From assembly GCA_019828565.1 (NCBI GenBank), contig JAHDYR010000060.1, positions 1 through 50,407 of the forward strand: DNA of 50,407 bases, written 5' to 3'. The position numbers and the translations under genes are program-made. The notes under the pieces were generated by a model. That model made no database searches and was not told where the DNA came from. It saw only the letters and a program-made list of their open reading frames with translations. Positions 23,030-34,199 of this stretch are shown here, piece by piece. Position 1 is the first letter of the stretch. Each line of letters opens with the position of its first letter. Origin of the DNA: Carpediemonas membranifera BICM (lineage: Eukaryota > Protista > Fornicata).

Positions 23030-26000
23030 CAGTTTGAGGCTATGGGGTGCGTCGGGGTCCTCCGTCGCTCCATCCAGTGAGTCGCTGGCGAGTCAACAAA
23101 ACCAACAAGAACACTCTGAAGCGCTCTGCACGAGCCGATTGCTACACCAATATCAGAATTGAGTAACAATTAATGGGAGAGGCCCAAATCCTCTGCTGCA
23201 GCATGTGCTGCGTCGCATTGCTTGATGAACGCTGCATATGTGTGCACTTGCCCTCTCATGCACGCCAAGAAAGCGTTATCAGCCATCTCGCGGACCTGCT
23301 CAGCCTTAAGACCAAGTTCATCGCGCAAATCGTCCGTCCAGCCCCTTCCGTGCACTCTTCCAACGTCACCGTTGTGAAGCGTCACCGCGGGTATGAGCTT
23401 GACGTCCCAGTTGGAGTACTGGGCGCGCTTGCTCGTCATGGCCTGAGACACGTGGTTGCTGACGACGTTGTCAATGACGATTGCCTTCACGCCAGGTTTC
23501 GTGAGGAGGATGTCCGCCCGCGCCTTCATAGGCTTGGTCCGGTCAATGGTCCACTCACTGGCCTTGTTCAACCACACCTCGGACTGGACTCTCCAGCCAT
23601 AACCCTTCAGGTCTCTCACCAGCCCGTCCTTGATAGCGTTGTGACGCTCGTCGTCCAGGCCTCCACGGAGGCATGGGCAGCACAGGGTGTGAGTAGCGTT
23701 GCACACAACGGACTGGTGGTTCACGGTGCGTGCCCTGCAGAGAGGGCAGACGTCAAATCCGGGCGTGAATGCGGGGAGGCCCAGGTGATTGCGGAAGATG
23801 GGGGCAACAGCGGCATCGGTTACCGAGCGCCCAAGAGAGGTCGGGTCGACCATCATGAACGACCGAACGACGTTGGGCGAGACGGCGGCACTCACAGAGA
23901 GCTTGGTGGCAATAGATTCCTCAACGAGGCGAACCAAGTTCTTCTGCGTGTGGTCGGCGTCAAGAGCCTTCACATCGTCCAAGCCACTAGGCCAGTTCGA
24001 CGGCGTGTTGAGCTGGGGCGGGAGACACTTGATGGCACCCGTCACGCTGTCAGGTGAGCGTGTAACACCCAGCCCTGCCAGTTGTCTCGTGGCCGCGAGG
24101 AACGCGGGAGCCCACACGACTGATGGCATTGCCAGCGCAAGCCCGCGTCTTTCGACCGGCATACTCAGGCGGAGAGCAAAGTCGTCATCGACCTCAGCCT
24201 CGCTCGACAGGATTCGGAGGATGGCCGGGACCGCCTCTTTCTTCTCAAATCCGAGCTCAGCCTCGTAGAGACCGTTGCCGACTCCACCCGTTGCGGGGGG
24301 AACGTTACGGAAGAAGTGCTCCCACTTTGTGAGCGCACAATACTTCGCAATGATCAACGCAGGGGCAGTTGCCTCCGGCCCCTCCTTGGCCACCATCTCT
24401 CCGGCAGCGTTAAGGAGTTGCATCACGCGACTGTTGACCTTGGCCAACTCACCCATCGCATGAGCAGCGGACCCAACCGGAACGCCCACGAGGTTTAGGC
24501 TGCGTCTTCTTGGGACGCCTCCCGAGGTGTTGCCGTCGGTAACGTCTCTGTGCGCCACAACGCACTTCGACTTGTTGAGCCGCAGGCCGACTTCGAGGAA
24601 CTTCTCCCTCGCGATCTCGACAAGGTTGTTAGCCTCTCGGCCGACACCGGGCGTCTGCAAAGGCCGATCAGTCGTGGCGACTAGATCGTCTTGGTACGCT
24701 TGGAGGTGCCAACCCGGGAACGCCTCGCGCAGAACGTCCAGAATGGGCTTGATGCCCAGGCTGAACAGAATAGGGGACAGGGATCTCCTTGATGTATGCC
24801 CTCAGCTGACCCTTATCACTCCTCCCTGACGTGGAGAATAGGAGCCCTTGGCGATACATCGTAGACAGGTAGGGCATGAGAGCAGGCATGTAAGCGCGTA
24901 CCACGTCGAACATGAACGCCCTAGATAGGCATCCATAAGCGTTCGATAAGTCGAGGGAGACAACAGTCCCTCCCTCCTCGTAGACCCTGGTCACGCTGTC
25001 ACTCAGCCTCTCCAGGCCGCACTTCTCCCCCACCCCATACTGATCCTTGAGGGTCCGGTCGACGTCGACCAGGCGGGCCCTCACAGCCCAGGCGAGAGCC
25101 TTCGCCGCAACCCGCCGAAGCGAGTCCCCGATGGCCACTCCTCGGATCTTCCCAGCCCCCTTGGGGACCGGGACAATGATGCAGTGGCTCAATACCGCGG
25201 TGTAGGTCTCGCCGTTCAGGATGTCCTGTACGATCGGCATCAATGCGGCGATGAGGTCATGTCTGGCCACCTTCGCTGCTATTCTGATATGGAGGAAGGA
25301 CAAGCCCGACGGCCCTGGGGCCGCCTCGGCCTTTAGAGCGTGTAGTACAGTCTTGAGGGTCCTAGCGGACACCTCAACTGACTGCAGTGGCTCTGCGGGG
25401 ACGTCCTTAAACGGAACATCTGGGCGCAGGCCACTGTAATCCTCCTGCAGTCTCTTCAGCTCTACATCCACCTCCTGTGGTGACAGGCCCGCATCCTCAG
25501 CTACCAGCGCAGTGGCTGCCTTGGACACGAACCCGTGGCGAACCAGTCGCATCACCTTACGCCACTTGGACGGGCGGCCCTTGGGGCCTTTCGATGCAAC
25601 CGGCGGTGCGTACAGCGCCTTCGGGTACTCGAGTACCGTCCTCAGGGCCGCGCGCTTCTCGTCCTCGCTCTCCACGAGGGCCACCCGCTTGAGCTTCTCG
25701 ATCAGGCCTCTGGCGAATTTCTCGCGTCCCCTCTTGGGGGAGCGATCTTGCCAAGGAAGAGAGCCTGTCCCGGTGGTAGGAACACGTCGGGTCGATGGGC
25801 TGGGTGAGCGGGAGGGGCAGTCGGGGGGCTTGCGGTGAAGCCCACCGCGGTGACGTGCGCTGCTGCGCTCGGCTGCGATGACAGCTGGCTACCAGGGGCG
25901 TGGACCTCTTCGACAGATGGAAGGAGACTGGCAGGGTCGTTGTTGCCCATCACGTTTCTCCTGATCTCTCGGAAGAATTCGGCCGCCACCGACGGAGCTG

Positions 26001-26474
26001 TTTTGGCAGAACGCAGCGGTGTTGCTTTGGGAGTACTGCTAAGAGTAACACCCGCCGCGTCTAAGAGCCGCTTGAAGGAATCTACGATGTCCTTCAGTGC
26101 TCTCACCGTCAAACGCACAATCTTCTTGTTGTTCACGTCCTTCATCAGCTCGACGATGGCCGCTTCGGAGCACAGCGTATCAAACACTGTCTCTACATTG
26201 CACCAACGTGCGTCAATGAACTCAGCATTGACGAATTTCGCGTAGTCGGTACGAACAGTCTGCAGCAGAAGCTGTACGTCCCGAGCAAGCGCGTTTTCGC
26301 GCCAATCGGACGTTATGGAAACTCTCATCGCCATCTGGCCTCCAGGATCAGCCTGGGGCGCAGAAAATGACGACATTTCCATTTCGGGAGGGAGCATCGT
26401 TTATTGCCTTTTGGACGAACTGTATTGCGAGCGGCGAGGCGCAGCCGAGCTTCGCGAGCCTGAGCGCAGCGAAG
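23030..26474 (-). mobile_element. CRE-like RLE non-LTR retrotransposon, family 2
   Basis: Diverged paralog of family 1 in head-to-tail orientation. Confidence 0.9.
23170..26397 (-). CDS. RT-RLE polyprotein, family 2 (frameshifts)
   Basis: ORFs 25702-26397, 24668-25684 and 23170-24660 are collinear with the family 1 protein (APGPSGL, QYGVG, RHN, RADI..DNVV). Confidence 0.88.
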
Positions 26475-29400
26475 ACGTCACTCTAGTGGTCAGTATGTCG
26501 GGTTTGAGGCACTGCTCGCTCCGAAATCTCCCTTTCGACTCTCCACTCAGTCACAACGAACGCGAACGCGAATAACGCGCAGATCACGCTCAAAGTACAG
26601 AAACAACATCAGTATTAGTGGTTGAGGCCATTAGCCTCAGCTTGACGGTGCGCAGCATCCGCCTGGCGCATGAACGCATGGAACACATGAACTTGCTGCC
26701 GCATACAGGCCATCATGACCGCGTCGGCAATCTGCCCAACAGTTTCGGCATCAAGGCCCAAAACGTCGCGCATCTCGTCGGTCCATCCTCTCCCATGCAC
26801 AGCACCAACACCACCACTCTGGCGAACGACCACGGGAATAACCCGGACGTTCCAGTTGGCGTACTGCTCCTTCTTGCTCCGCATAGATGCAGACGCGTGA
26901 TTGCTCACCACTACGTCAAGCACAACGGGTTCGGTATGGCCCGGTCTGGTCAAGAGGAGGTCCGCCCGCGCCTTGACCCGTTTGGTCCGGTCCACAGTCC
27001 ACTCGCTGCCCCGTCCGAGCCAATGCTCAACTCTTACGCGCCAGGGGTGCCCGCGCAGCAGTTTGGCGAGCGTGTCGCGAATTTGGTCGTGCCGCTCCGA
27101 TCCCAGCCCCTCCTTCCAGGAAGGGACAGGTAAGAGAATGCTCGGCTGAGCAGGGGACAGACCGGTGGTTAACACTACGGGCCAGGCATAGCGGACAGAC
27201 GTCGTGGCCTGTCTCAAAGGCAGGAAGGCCGACATGGTTGCGAAGCATCGGTGCAGCACCCTCGTCACAGGGGTTACGACCCATAGCGGCTGGATCAGCC
27301 GCGAGTAGAGACCTGATCACGTTTGGCGAGTCGACTGAAACAGTCAGTTGGCTGGAAATGTTATCCTGCAGGAGGCGTACCAACTTCTTCTGCGTGCTCT
27401 CGAGTGAGAGCTTTCTGACATCGCCATATGATGTCGGCCAATCCTTGGGCGTCGCGGCGAGAGCCGGGATGCATGGCAGTGCGTCTTGGATGAGAGCCTC
27501 GGGCCTTTCGACCTTCAGCTCTATGAGTTGTCGTGCGGCACCCAGATAGGCTGGGGCCCACACAACAGAGGGCATGGCCAATCCGAGCCCGCCTTGACTG
27601 ACCGGCAGACAGAGCCTTGCGGCGAAGTCCTTGTCAGTCTCTGCGCTGGACTGGAGCAGCTTCAGGATGGCGGGGACCACCTTCTGCTGTTCGAAGTCCA
27701 GTTGCGACTCGAACATGTCACCCCCGCCCGGCGAAACATTGCGGAAGAAGTGCTCCCCACTTGGTGAGGGCACACAGTTTCGTCACTAGGAGGGCAGGGG
27801 CGACGGCTTCCGCGCCAATGTCAGAGACCATCGATGCAGCAGCGTCAAGCAGCTCCATAACCTTGCGGTTAGCAGAGCCTAGCTCCCGCATGATGTGCGT
27901 GGCGGAGCCGATTGGAACACCAACCAGCTTGGTATCGCGTCTCCGTGGGACGCCACCAGTTGTGTTGCCGTCAACGACATCCTTATGGGCTAGCACGCAC
28001 TTGGCACGGTTGAGGCGGAGGCCAACCTCGTTGAACTTCTGAGCGGCGAGTTCTGTGAGATTGTTGGCCTCACGGCCGACCCCAGGCGACTGTAGCGGGC
28101 GGGTAGTGGTGGCTACAATGTCATCCTGGTAGGCACGGATGCACCACCCAGGGAAAGCCTCGCGCAAGACGTCCAGAATGGGCTTAACGCCTAAGCTGAA
28201 AAGAATTGGCGAGAGCGGGTCCCCTTGGTGAATGCCTTCAGCCGACCTCATGGTGATGCCGGAGGTAGAGAAAAGTAAGCCCCGTCGGTACATGGTCGAC
28301 AGGTATGGGATGAGCGCCGGCATGTAGGCCGCCACCACCTTCATGGCGAAGGCCCTCGACAAGCATCCATAGGCGTTGGAAAGGTCGAGTGTGAGCACTG
28401 TACCGCCACTTCGGTAGACTGCACTCACCTCCTCTCCCAACCTCTCCAAGCCGCACTTCTCACCTACTCCGAACTGGTCCTTCAGGGCACGATCGACGTC
28501 AACCAGCCGCTTACGGACGGACCAGGCGAGTGCCTTTGCCGCCACACGGCGAATAGAGTCGCCGATCGCGACCCCTCGGACCTTCCCTTCACCTTTCGGC
28601 ACAGGGACGAGAATGCAATGACTGAACACATCAGTGTAAGCTTCTCCGTTCAGGATGTCCTGAACCAGCGGGAGCAGAGCCTGGACTAGTTCGCGCCTTG
28701 ATGTCTTGTAGGCGATCTTCAGGTGAAGGAACGATAGCCCGGAGGGCCCCGGGGCCGCCTCAGACTTGAGTGTGTTGAGGATGGTCTTCAGAGTCTTAGA
28801 GGAAACTTCGACACACTGCAGGGGGTTCTCGGGGACGTCTCGCATGGGGACGTCGGGACAAAGCCCGTTGAACCCAACCTGGAGGTCCCGCAGTTGAGCG
28901 TCGATTTCAGTCGGTGTCAGGTCAGTCTCATTGGCTACCATGGACGTGGCGGCCTTCGAGACAAACCCGTGGCGAATCAGGTTCAGCGTCCGACGCCACT
29001 TGCTCGCGCTAGCGCGTCGTCCGCCTCGGTCCGACGGCGGTGCGTACAGCGTCTTGGGGTAGTCTACAACCTTAAGAGCCTCAGCCCGCTTGGCGTCGTC
29101 ACCTGTCGCGTTGTTCACCTCCCTCAATCGTTCAATAAGGCCTCGTGTGAACTTCTCGCGCCCGCGCTTGGGCGGAGCGATCTTTCCGAGGAACAAGGCC
29201 TGACCCGGGGGAAGGAAGACATCGGGTCGATGAGCAGGGGTAGTGGGAGGTGCTGATGGCGGGGTTAGGGGGAAACCAACCGCCGAAACGTGAGCTGCCG
29301 TGTCTGCCTGGACCTCTTCGTCAACAGGCTGCGATGACAGACCCTCGTCGTCCGTCGCGATCTCTACTACAGAGGGAGGGACATTTGCAGCGGTCTCTGG

Positions 29401-29630
29401 ACGCATAGCGTTGTCTCGTATCGTGCAGGCGATAATCGCAATGGACTTGGGGGCTGTGTTTGCAGAACGCAACGAAGTTGCCGTTGGCAGCGCCTGTGTG
29501 GTGATGCTGTGGGCCTTAAGGAGGTCCTTGAAGCTGTCAGCAATCGCCTTCAGGGCTTTCACGGTAAAGCGTACGATGTGTTTGTTCTGGACGTCGCGCA
29601 TGAGCTCGACAACTGCAGTTTCAGAGCACA
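26475..29630 (-). mobile_element. CRE-like family 1, second copy, 5' end replaced by element B
   Basis: Near-identical to 19585-22728. ORF 26615-29630 has two homopolymer frameshifts (~27116, ~27756). Confidence 0.92.
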
Positions 29631-30715
29631 CATACTGTTAGAATGGCCAGTTAATCCGGGGATATACGGAGGATAAACGCAAATTCCTTATTCGTGCTTC
29701 AGGGCGTTCGAAGTCCTAAGAAGCAGCTGAAATGATAGATGCGAGTGCATTAATGACATATCCATGCTTGATGTAACATGTGCGAGATTGGTGGTCGAGC
29801 AAATTGCCTCTCGCATTTTAAGGTCGAAGGCAAAAGTGGTCGTACGACCAAGTGGCCTTGTCAGCAAAGTCTGTGTGTTCTAAAGAGTATCCTCTGTTGT
29901 TTTTATGCGTCAACTCCTTCTCAGTCGCCGGGAACTAATGACTGAATCAACCAATCAAAAGAATGAAGCTGTCCCCCAGAAAGCAGGCCATACTACGGTG
30001 GTATATAGTCAGTATACATCATCGGAGTATGTTCGGTTTTCTGGGGGACAGATTCAATCTTCTGTATCTCAAAATTTGCAATTTTTTTATCGGCGATAAG
30101 ATGGAATCAGAAGACTTGGCTCAGAGCTCAAGTGCACTTAGCTCCATAGAGCTGAGATCGGCAATTGGCATGATCCACCGCCGCAGAAGGTGCCCAAAGA
30201 GGCGCTGACGTTGAGCGGTCGATCATGGCCGTTTAACACATCAACGGGGGCCTCATCCCATGCAGTATCCATAACTTTTTACCATTTTCTTCTAGCTGCA
30301 CTGGTTGGCAAATGAGCATTTTGTGTCGCCTTCATCATGGCAATATTCGAGATCAAATCCAGATTTGCTTTTTTTGTGCACAAGGAGCACAACAGCAAAT
30401 TCGCAAGTAATGCAGATGAAAATCAGATGAATCTTAATCAGGCACTCTCATACACACACTGCTTTAGTTTCGGAGCCAACGTCCATAAACTGAAGGAGTT
30501 CTGAACATTGTTTCACCAATTGTGTGAAACTGGTGAAATTGTGAAATAGTGTTGAAACGGCCAGAGAAGAAGAAGGAACCCCGGCAGCGCAGTTGTAGCT
30601 GCTCTTATAGAGCTATAGCAACAGCCAAATTGTCTGATTTATCTCACAGACCGTTGCGCATGTACCTGCCTAGTTTTTGTACAAAAATCTTGTTTTTTTA
30701 AACTCTACAGAAATC

Positions 30716-33256
30716 ATGGTTGCTCATATTGTGTTCGAGAGCCACATCGGTACAATATATGATGACCAGCCACGCTCAGTTGAGCGCATGAATTACCTTC
30801 TTGGCTGTACCTACTTCGCCATGGTCGGAATTGGCCTCAACTCCGCCAGAACAAGACCTCAGCGCGAGCAATTCTGCCAGCTCGTCCGCGAGATGGAGGA
30901 GGCGGACCTGATCTCCCAGCGCATTCACGACGCAAGGTTCTTCCGCCCTCCAGCAGACTCCCGTCCCTTCCAACGTGCCGCAACCGCACACGGAAATCAA
31001 CACCCTCCTCACCCCTGTCTTCGTACGGGACGATTACCGCACCCACGCCATCCAGGAGCGTGCTGTGCAGGACTACAACGACTCAGAGGAGCGCTCCGCC
31101 AACTTTTCTGAGATCATGGAGCTCACATCGATCCTGATGTACGTCCGCAATGGCTTCAACTCGACCCAAGAGCTCTTTAAGCTCATCAACAACATCTCCC
31201 GCCGGCTTGGAAAGCCGATCTCGAAGAACAAGACCGCGGAGGTGCTCATTAAGGACCTTGGCATTGACATGACCAGAATATCTGGTGTCTCAGAGGCCCT
31301 CACTGAGGAGGAGCGCGCCTTCGTCAAGCATCTCGTGCCGTGCAGGTCGGTCTCAGGCAATACAACATGGCGGCGTACCATGTCCGGCACGCAGTCGCGA
31401 CTTGAGCTCACGAACCGTTTGACTGTAGCCGACGGAGCCGAGCCGACTCCGTTTTTCGACCACGACCTCGTCGCCGACCACACTTGGGAGCGACCGACGC
31501 TCACCCTCCACTATGACAGCGAATCCGACGCTGTCCAGCACTACCAGTCCCTCAAAGGCAGTGTAGGTATCGCCCATCTGGGCAAGCGACTGAACAGCTC
31601 GACCTGGGACAAGGTGGAAACGGTGTGGTTCGATGGCGTGTACTATCTGCAGCAGGCAGTGCTTCACCCGGAGTGGCTCGAGTCTGACCAGACGAACTTC
31701 GAGCGTTGCTCTCGTGCCCTTCAGGACCCAGGCCATGTCGAGTTCCAACCACTAAAAACTACTCCTGTGGCTCGACGCATGGAAGGGACATACCGCAACG
31801 TTCAAGATCCGCATCTACGACCCGTCAGGCTTCACGTTCCCTAACCGCATCACTCCCCCCTTCCGACTCGTTGAGTGTCTTGCCGGTGAGAAGGAGCTGA
31901 CGGAGGAGGGAAACCTTCAACTCGTTGAGGAAGAAGTCGAGCGGATCTATCAAGCCCTCATACCGATCAGAGGAACTGACCAGGTCACCACCTTCGACCA
32001 AGTCATCGTCATGGGCGATCACGCGGCCATCAGGAAGCTGTCATCCGGCATCGAGGGTAATGGAGGGCACTATCCCCAGCCCTTCAACAGCATCCGTCGA
32101 GACCACAAGGCGCTGCACCCCATTCCGGCGCACTCTCGGGTCACCTTGCATGATTTGCTCGAGCAGAAGGCAGCGTTCCACGCCGTGCAGGCCGACCCCG
32201 ACCGTGTGCAGGACCCGAAAGAGGAGTATGGCAACTTCTCCGACAAGAGGGCCATCTTCGAGAACCGGCCAGAGCCCCGAGTCATCCACACGGAGCGAGT
32301 TGTCTTTTGTCCTCCGATCATGCACAACTCGCACCGCCTGCTCGAGCAAGTGGCACGGCTATGCGCCAGCTTCCCCGCTGATCGGAACGCAACTGCCGTA
32401 GACAAGCGCAAGCTCCAGCGCATGTCATCCAACCGCAGTATTGACCGCACTGTCGGGTGCAACGAGCAGTCTGCTGCCAGAGTTCGCATGGCGAACACCA
32501 CGAACGAGGATTACGAGGCTCTTCCTGAGTCCGTCCAAGATATTGTGCGACTCATTGGCTATCTCCAGGCTCTTTACTACTCAACCGAGCCTGTCACCGA
32601 CAGCAAAGTCGCATTCCACTTCTTGGCCGCGTCCATGTGCCACCTGTTCCACGTCATGCTCAGTCTGCAGGCACACCAGACAAAGCTGGCGTTGCTCCCT
32701 CCTGGGCAAGCAGACAAGGCGGAGAAGCCATGTGCCCAGACACTCTATGTCAACAGCAGGCTCACTGCCCAGCCTCTTCTTCACGATCATCTCCGCATTC
32801 CTCTTTTTTTACCTCCTCGAGGAGTTCTTTGAGAGAGAGTTCATCAAGAACCAGGAGGTCCGAGCCGAGTTGCACAGGTCGGCCATGATCGAGAAGCTGT
32901 GTTTGACCGAGCAGACCACCCTCATCTGCACGTTCTTAACGGGTATTCGCTCGTTCGGTCGCCAGGACTACTCAGTCCCCCCGCTGAACAGGCTTCGTCG
33001 TGTCCGAGTCCACCAATGCTGCAGACAAGCTCGCTCATGGTTCGCCATTCGCAGCCACATGGAGGCAAGGCACCAATTCCATGCCACGGCGGCGGTGGTG
33101 CGCCTCTTCCAGGAGCTCGTTGACGAGATGTGGCAGTACGTCAACGATTATACGGCTTTGGCATGGGACGAAGAGTCTGGGGTGATGGTTTGCGAGTTGG
33201 CAGACATGGGTGAGGAGCTTGTTTGCTGCATTTGCGGTCATGCACGCGCTGAGTAG
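30716..33256 (+). CDS. Putative DDE transposase, RAG1/Transib/CMC(Chapaev)-like (frameshifted over four ORFs)
   Basis: VIVMGDHAAIRKLSSG..GGHYPQPF, FCPPIMH and TLYVNSRLTAQP...PLFYLLEEFFEREF occur in the order of the D, xxH and T-x-Y...E motifs of RAG1/Chapaev-type enzymes. First gene inside the left TIR. Confidence 0.65.
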
Positions 33257-33377
33257 TGAGTAAAGGAGTTTTATTGGTCAGTACATCCCATTTGGTGTGT
33301 TTCCCCCAACTACCAATTTTTTTCAACATTGGTAGTTTCACAATTTTCACATTACGTCACTTGTTTGGTGAAAAACA

Positions 33378-33762
33378 ATGGAAACGCCACTTCCGACATG
33401 GCTGACGATGAATTTATCGCAACACAAGGCCTATATTCAATATGTCAAGCTTTCAGACAAGTCTGAGCTCTTGCCGTCTGTCAGGGCCTTCTTCAACAGA
33501 GATCTGGCGACTTCGAACCTCGACTGTCTGAACTACTCATTCGTCATGTATGTCAGACCCACTACACTTCTTGTTAACACAGTCTCATCGCAATTCGTGG
33601 GGTTGAGATGGACAACATCAAGGCTGCATGCCTTCTCTTCCGCGAGTCGTACAGGGAGGGGCAGACCCTGAGCGGACAACTGCACCAGGAGCGGTTTGTC
33701 ATCGGCTTACGGACAGCCGTCTCCTGCAGAGGTCTTGGGTTCGCGAGGGTGCTTCTTAGCAT
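33378..33762 (+). CDS. GNAT acetyltransferase of element B, 5' part (intron 33548-33582)
   Basis: GTATGT...TTAACACAG intron joins ORFs 33378 and 33608. Motif AVSCRGLGFARVLL. Confidence 0.75.
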
Positions 33763-34086
33763 CATACTGTTAAAAACGGGGTTTCGATGCCTGAGGAAAT
33801 CATGAGGAAGTGAAAATGGCGATATCCGAAACTAGAACCCCTGAAGCCGATTTAAATACTACAGCAGGTGCTTTATAGATGAATAACGCATATCTTACAT
33901 CGTTGTCGAGCATTACTTTGCTCATCGGCGAGTAAATAGGGAAACGCATTTTATGTAGTTGGTGAAAAGTGGTCGTCATGACAAGCTGGTCTGTAAGCAA
34001 GCTCAGTACTACTGTTTATACATCCTCTCTTGGTTTCAGCTCTCAGCGATGTCTCAGTCGCTGGGTTCTATTGATTCAATCACACG

Positions 34087-34199
34087 ATCTCGGGATTGGT
34101 GAGGTGCAATCTCTAACTGAACATACTGGGGTGCTATATGACCTTCATACAGCACCCTTCTATGCTCGGTTAGTGATTGCACCTCATCAATGTTGAGAT
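34087..34199 (+). repeat. ~113-nt imperfect fold-back
   Basis: ATTGGTGAGGTGCAATC...GGGTGCT-ATATGA-CCT-TCATAC-AGCACCC...GATTGCACCTCATCAAT. Confidence 0.85.

Noticed and set aside
26475-26614. Spliced-leader RNA, telomeric repeat or hammerhead ribozyme in the CRE spacers
   Set aside because: No tandem telomere repeat, no recognisable SL gene, and no complete CUGANGA...GAAA core found by eye.
19719-28042. Numerous + strand ORFs over the retrotransposons, and similar antisense ORFs over other genes
   Set aside because: They are shadows of GC-rich coding sequence on the opposite strand with no recognisable motifs.
19716-29630. Frameshifts as programmed recoding or true pseudogenisation
   Set aside because: The two family 1 copies have different single-base indels, mostly in homopolymers, and complement each other. 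Sequencing error is the simpler explanation; this cannot be resolved without reads.
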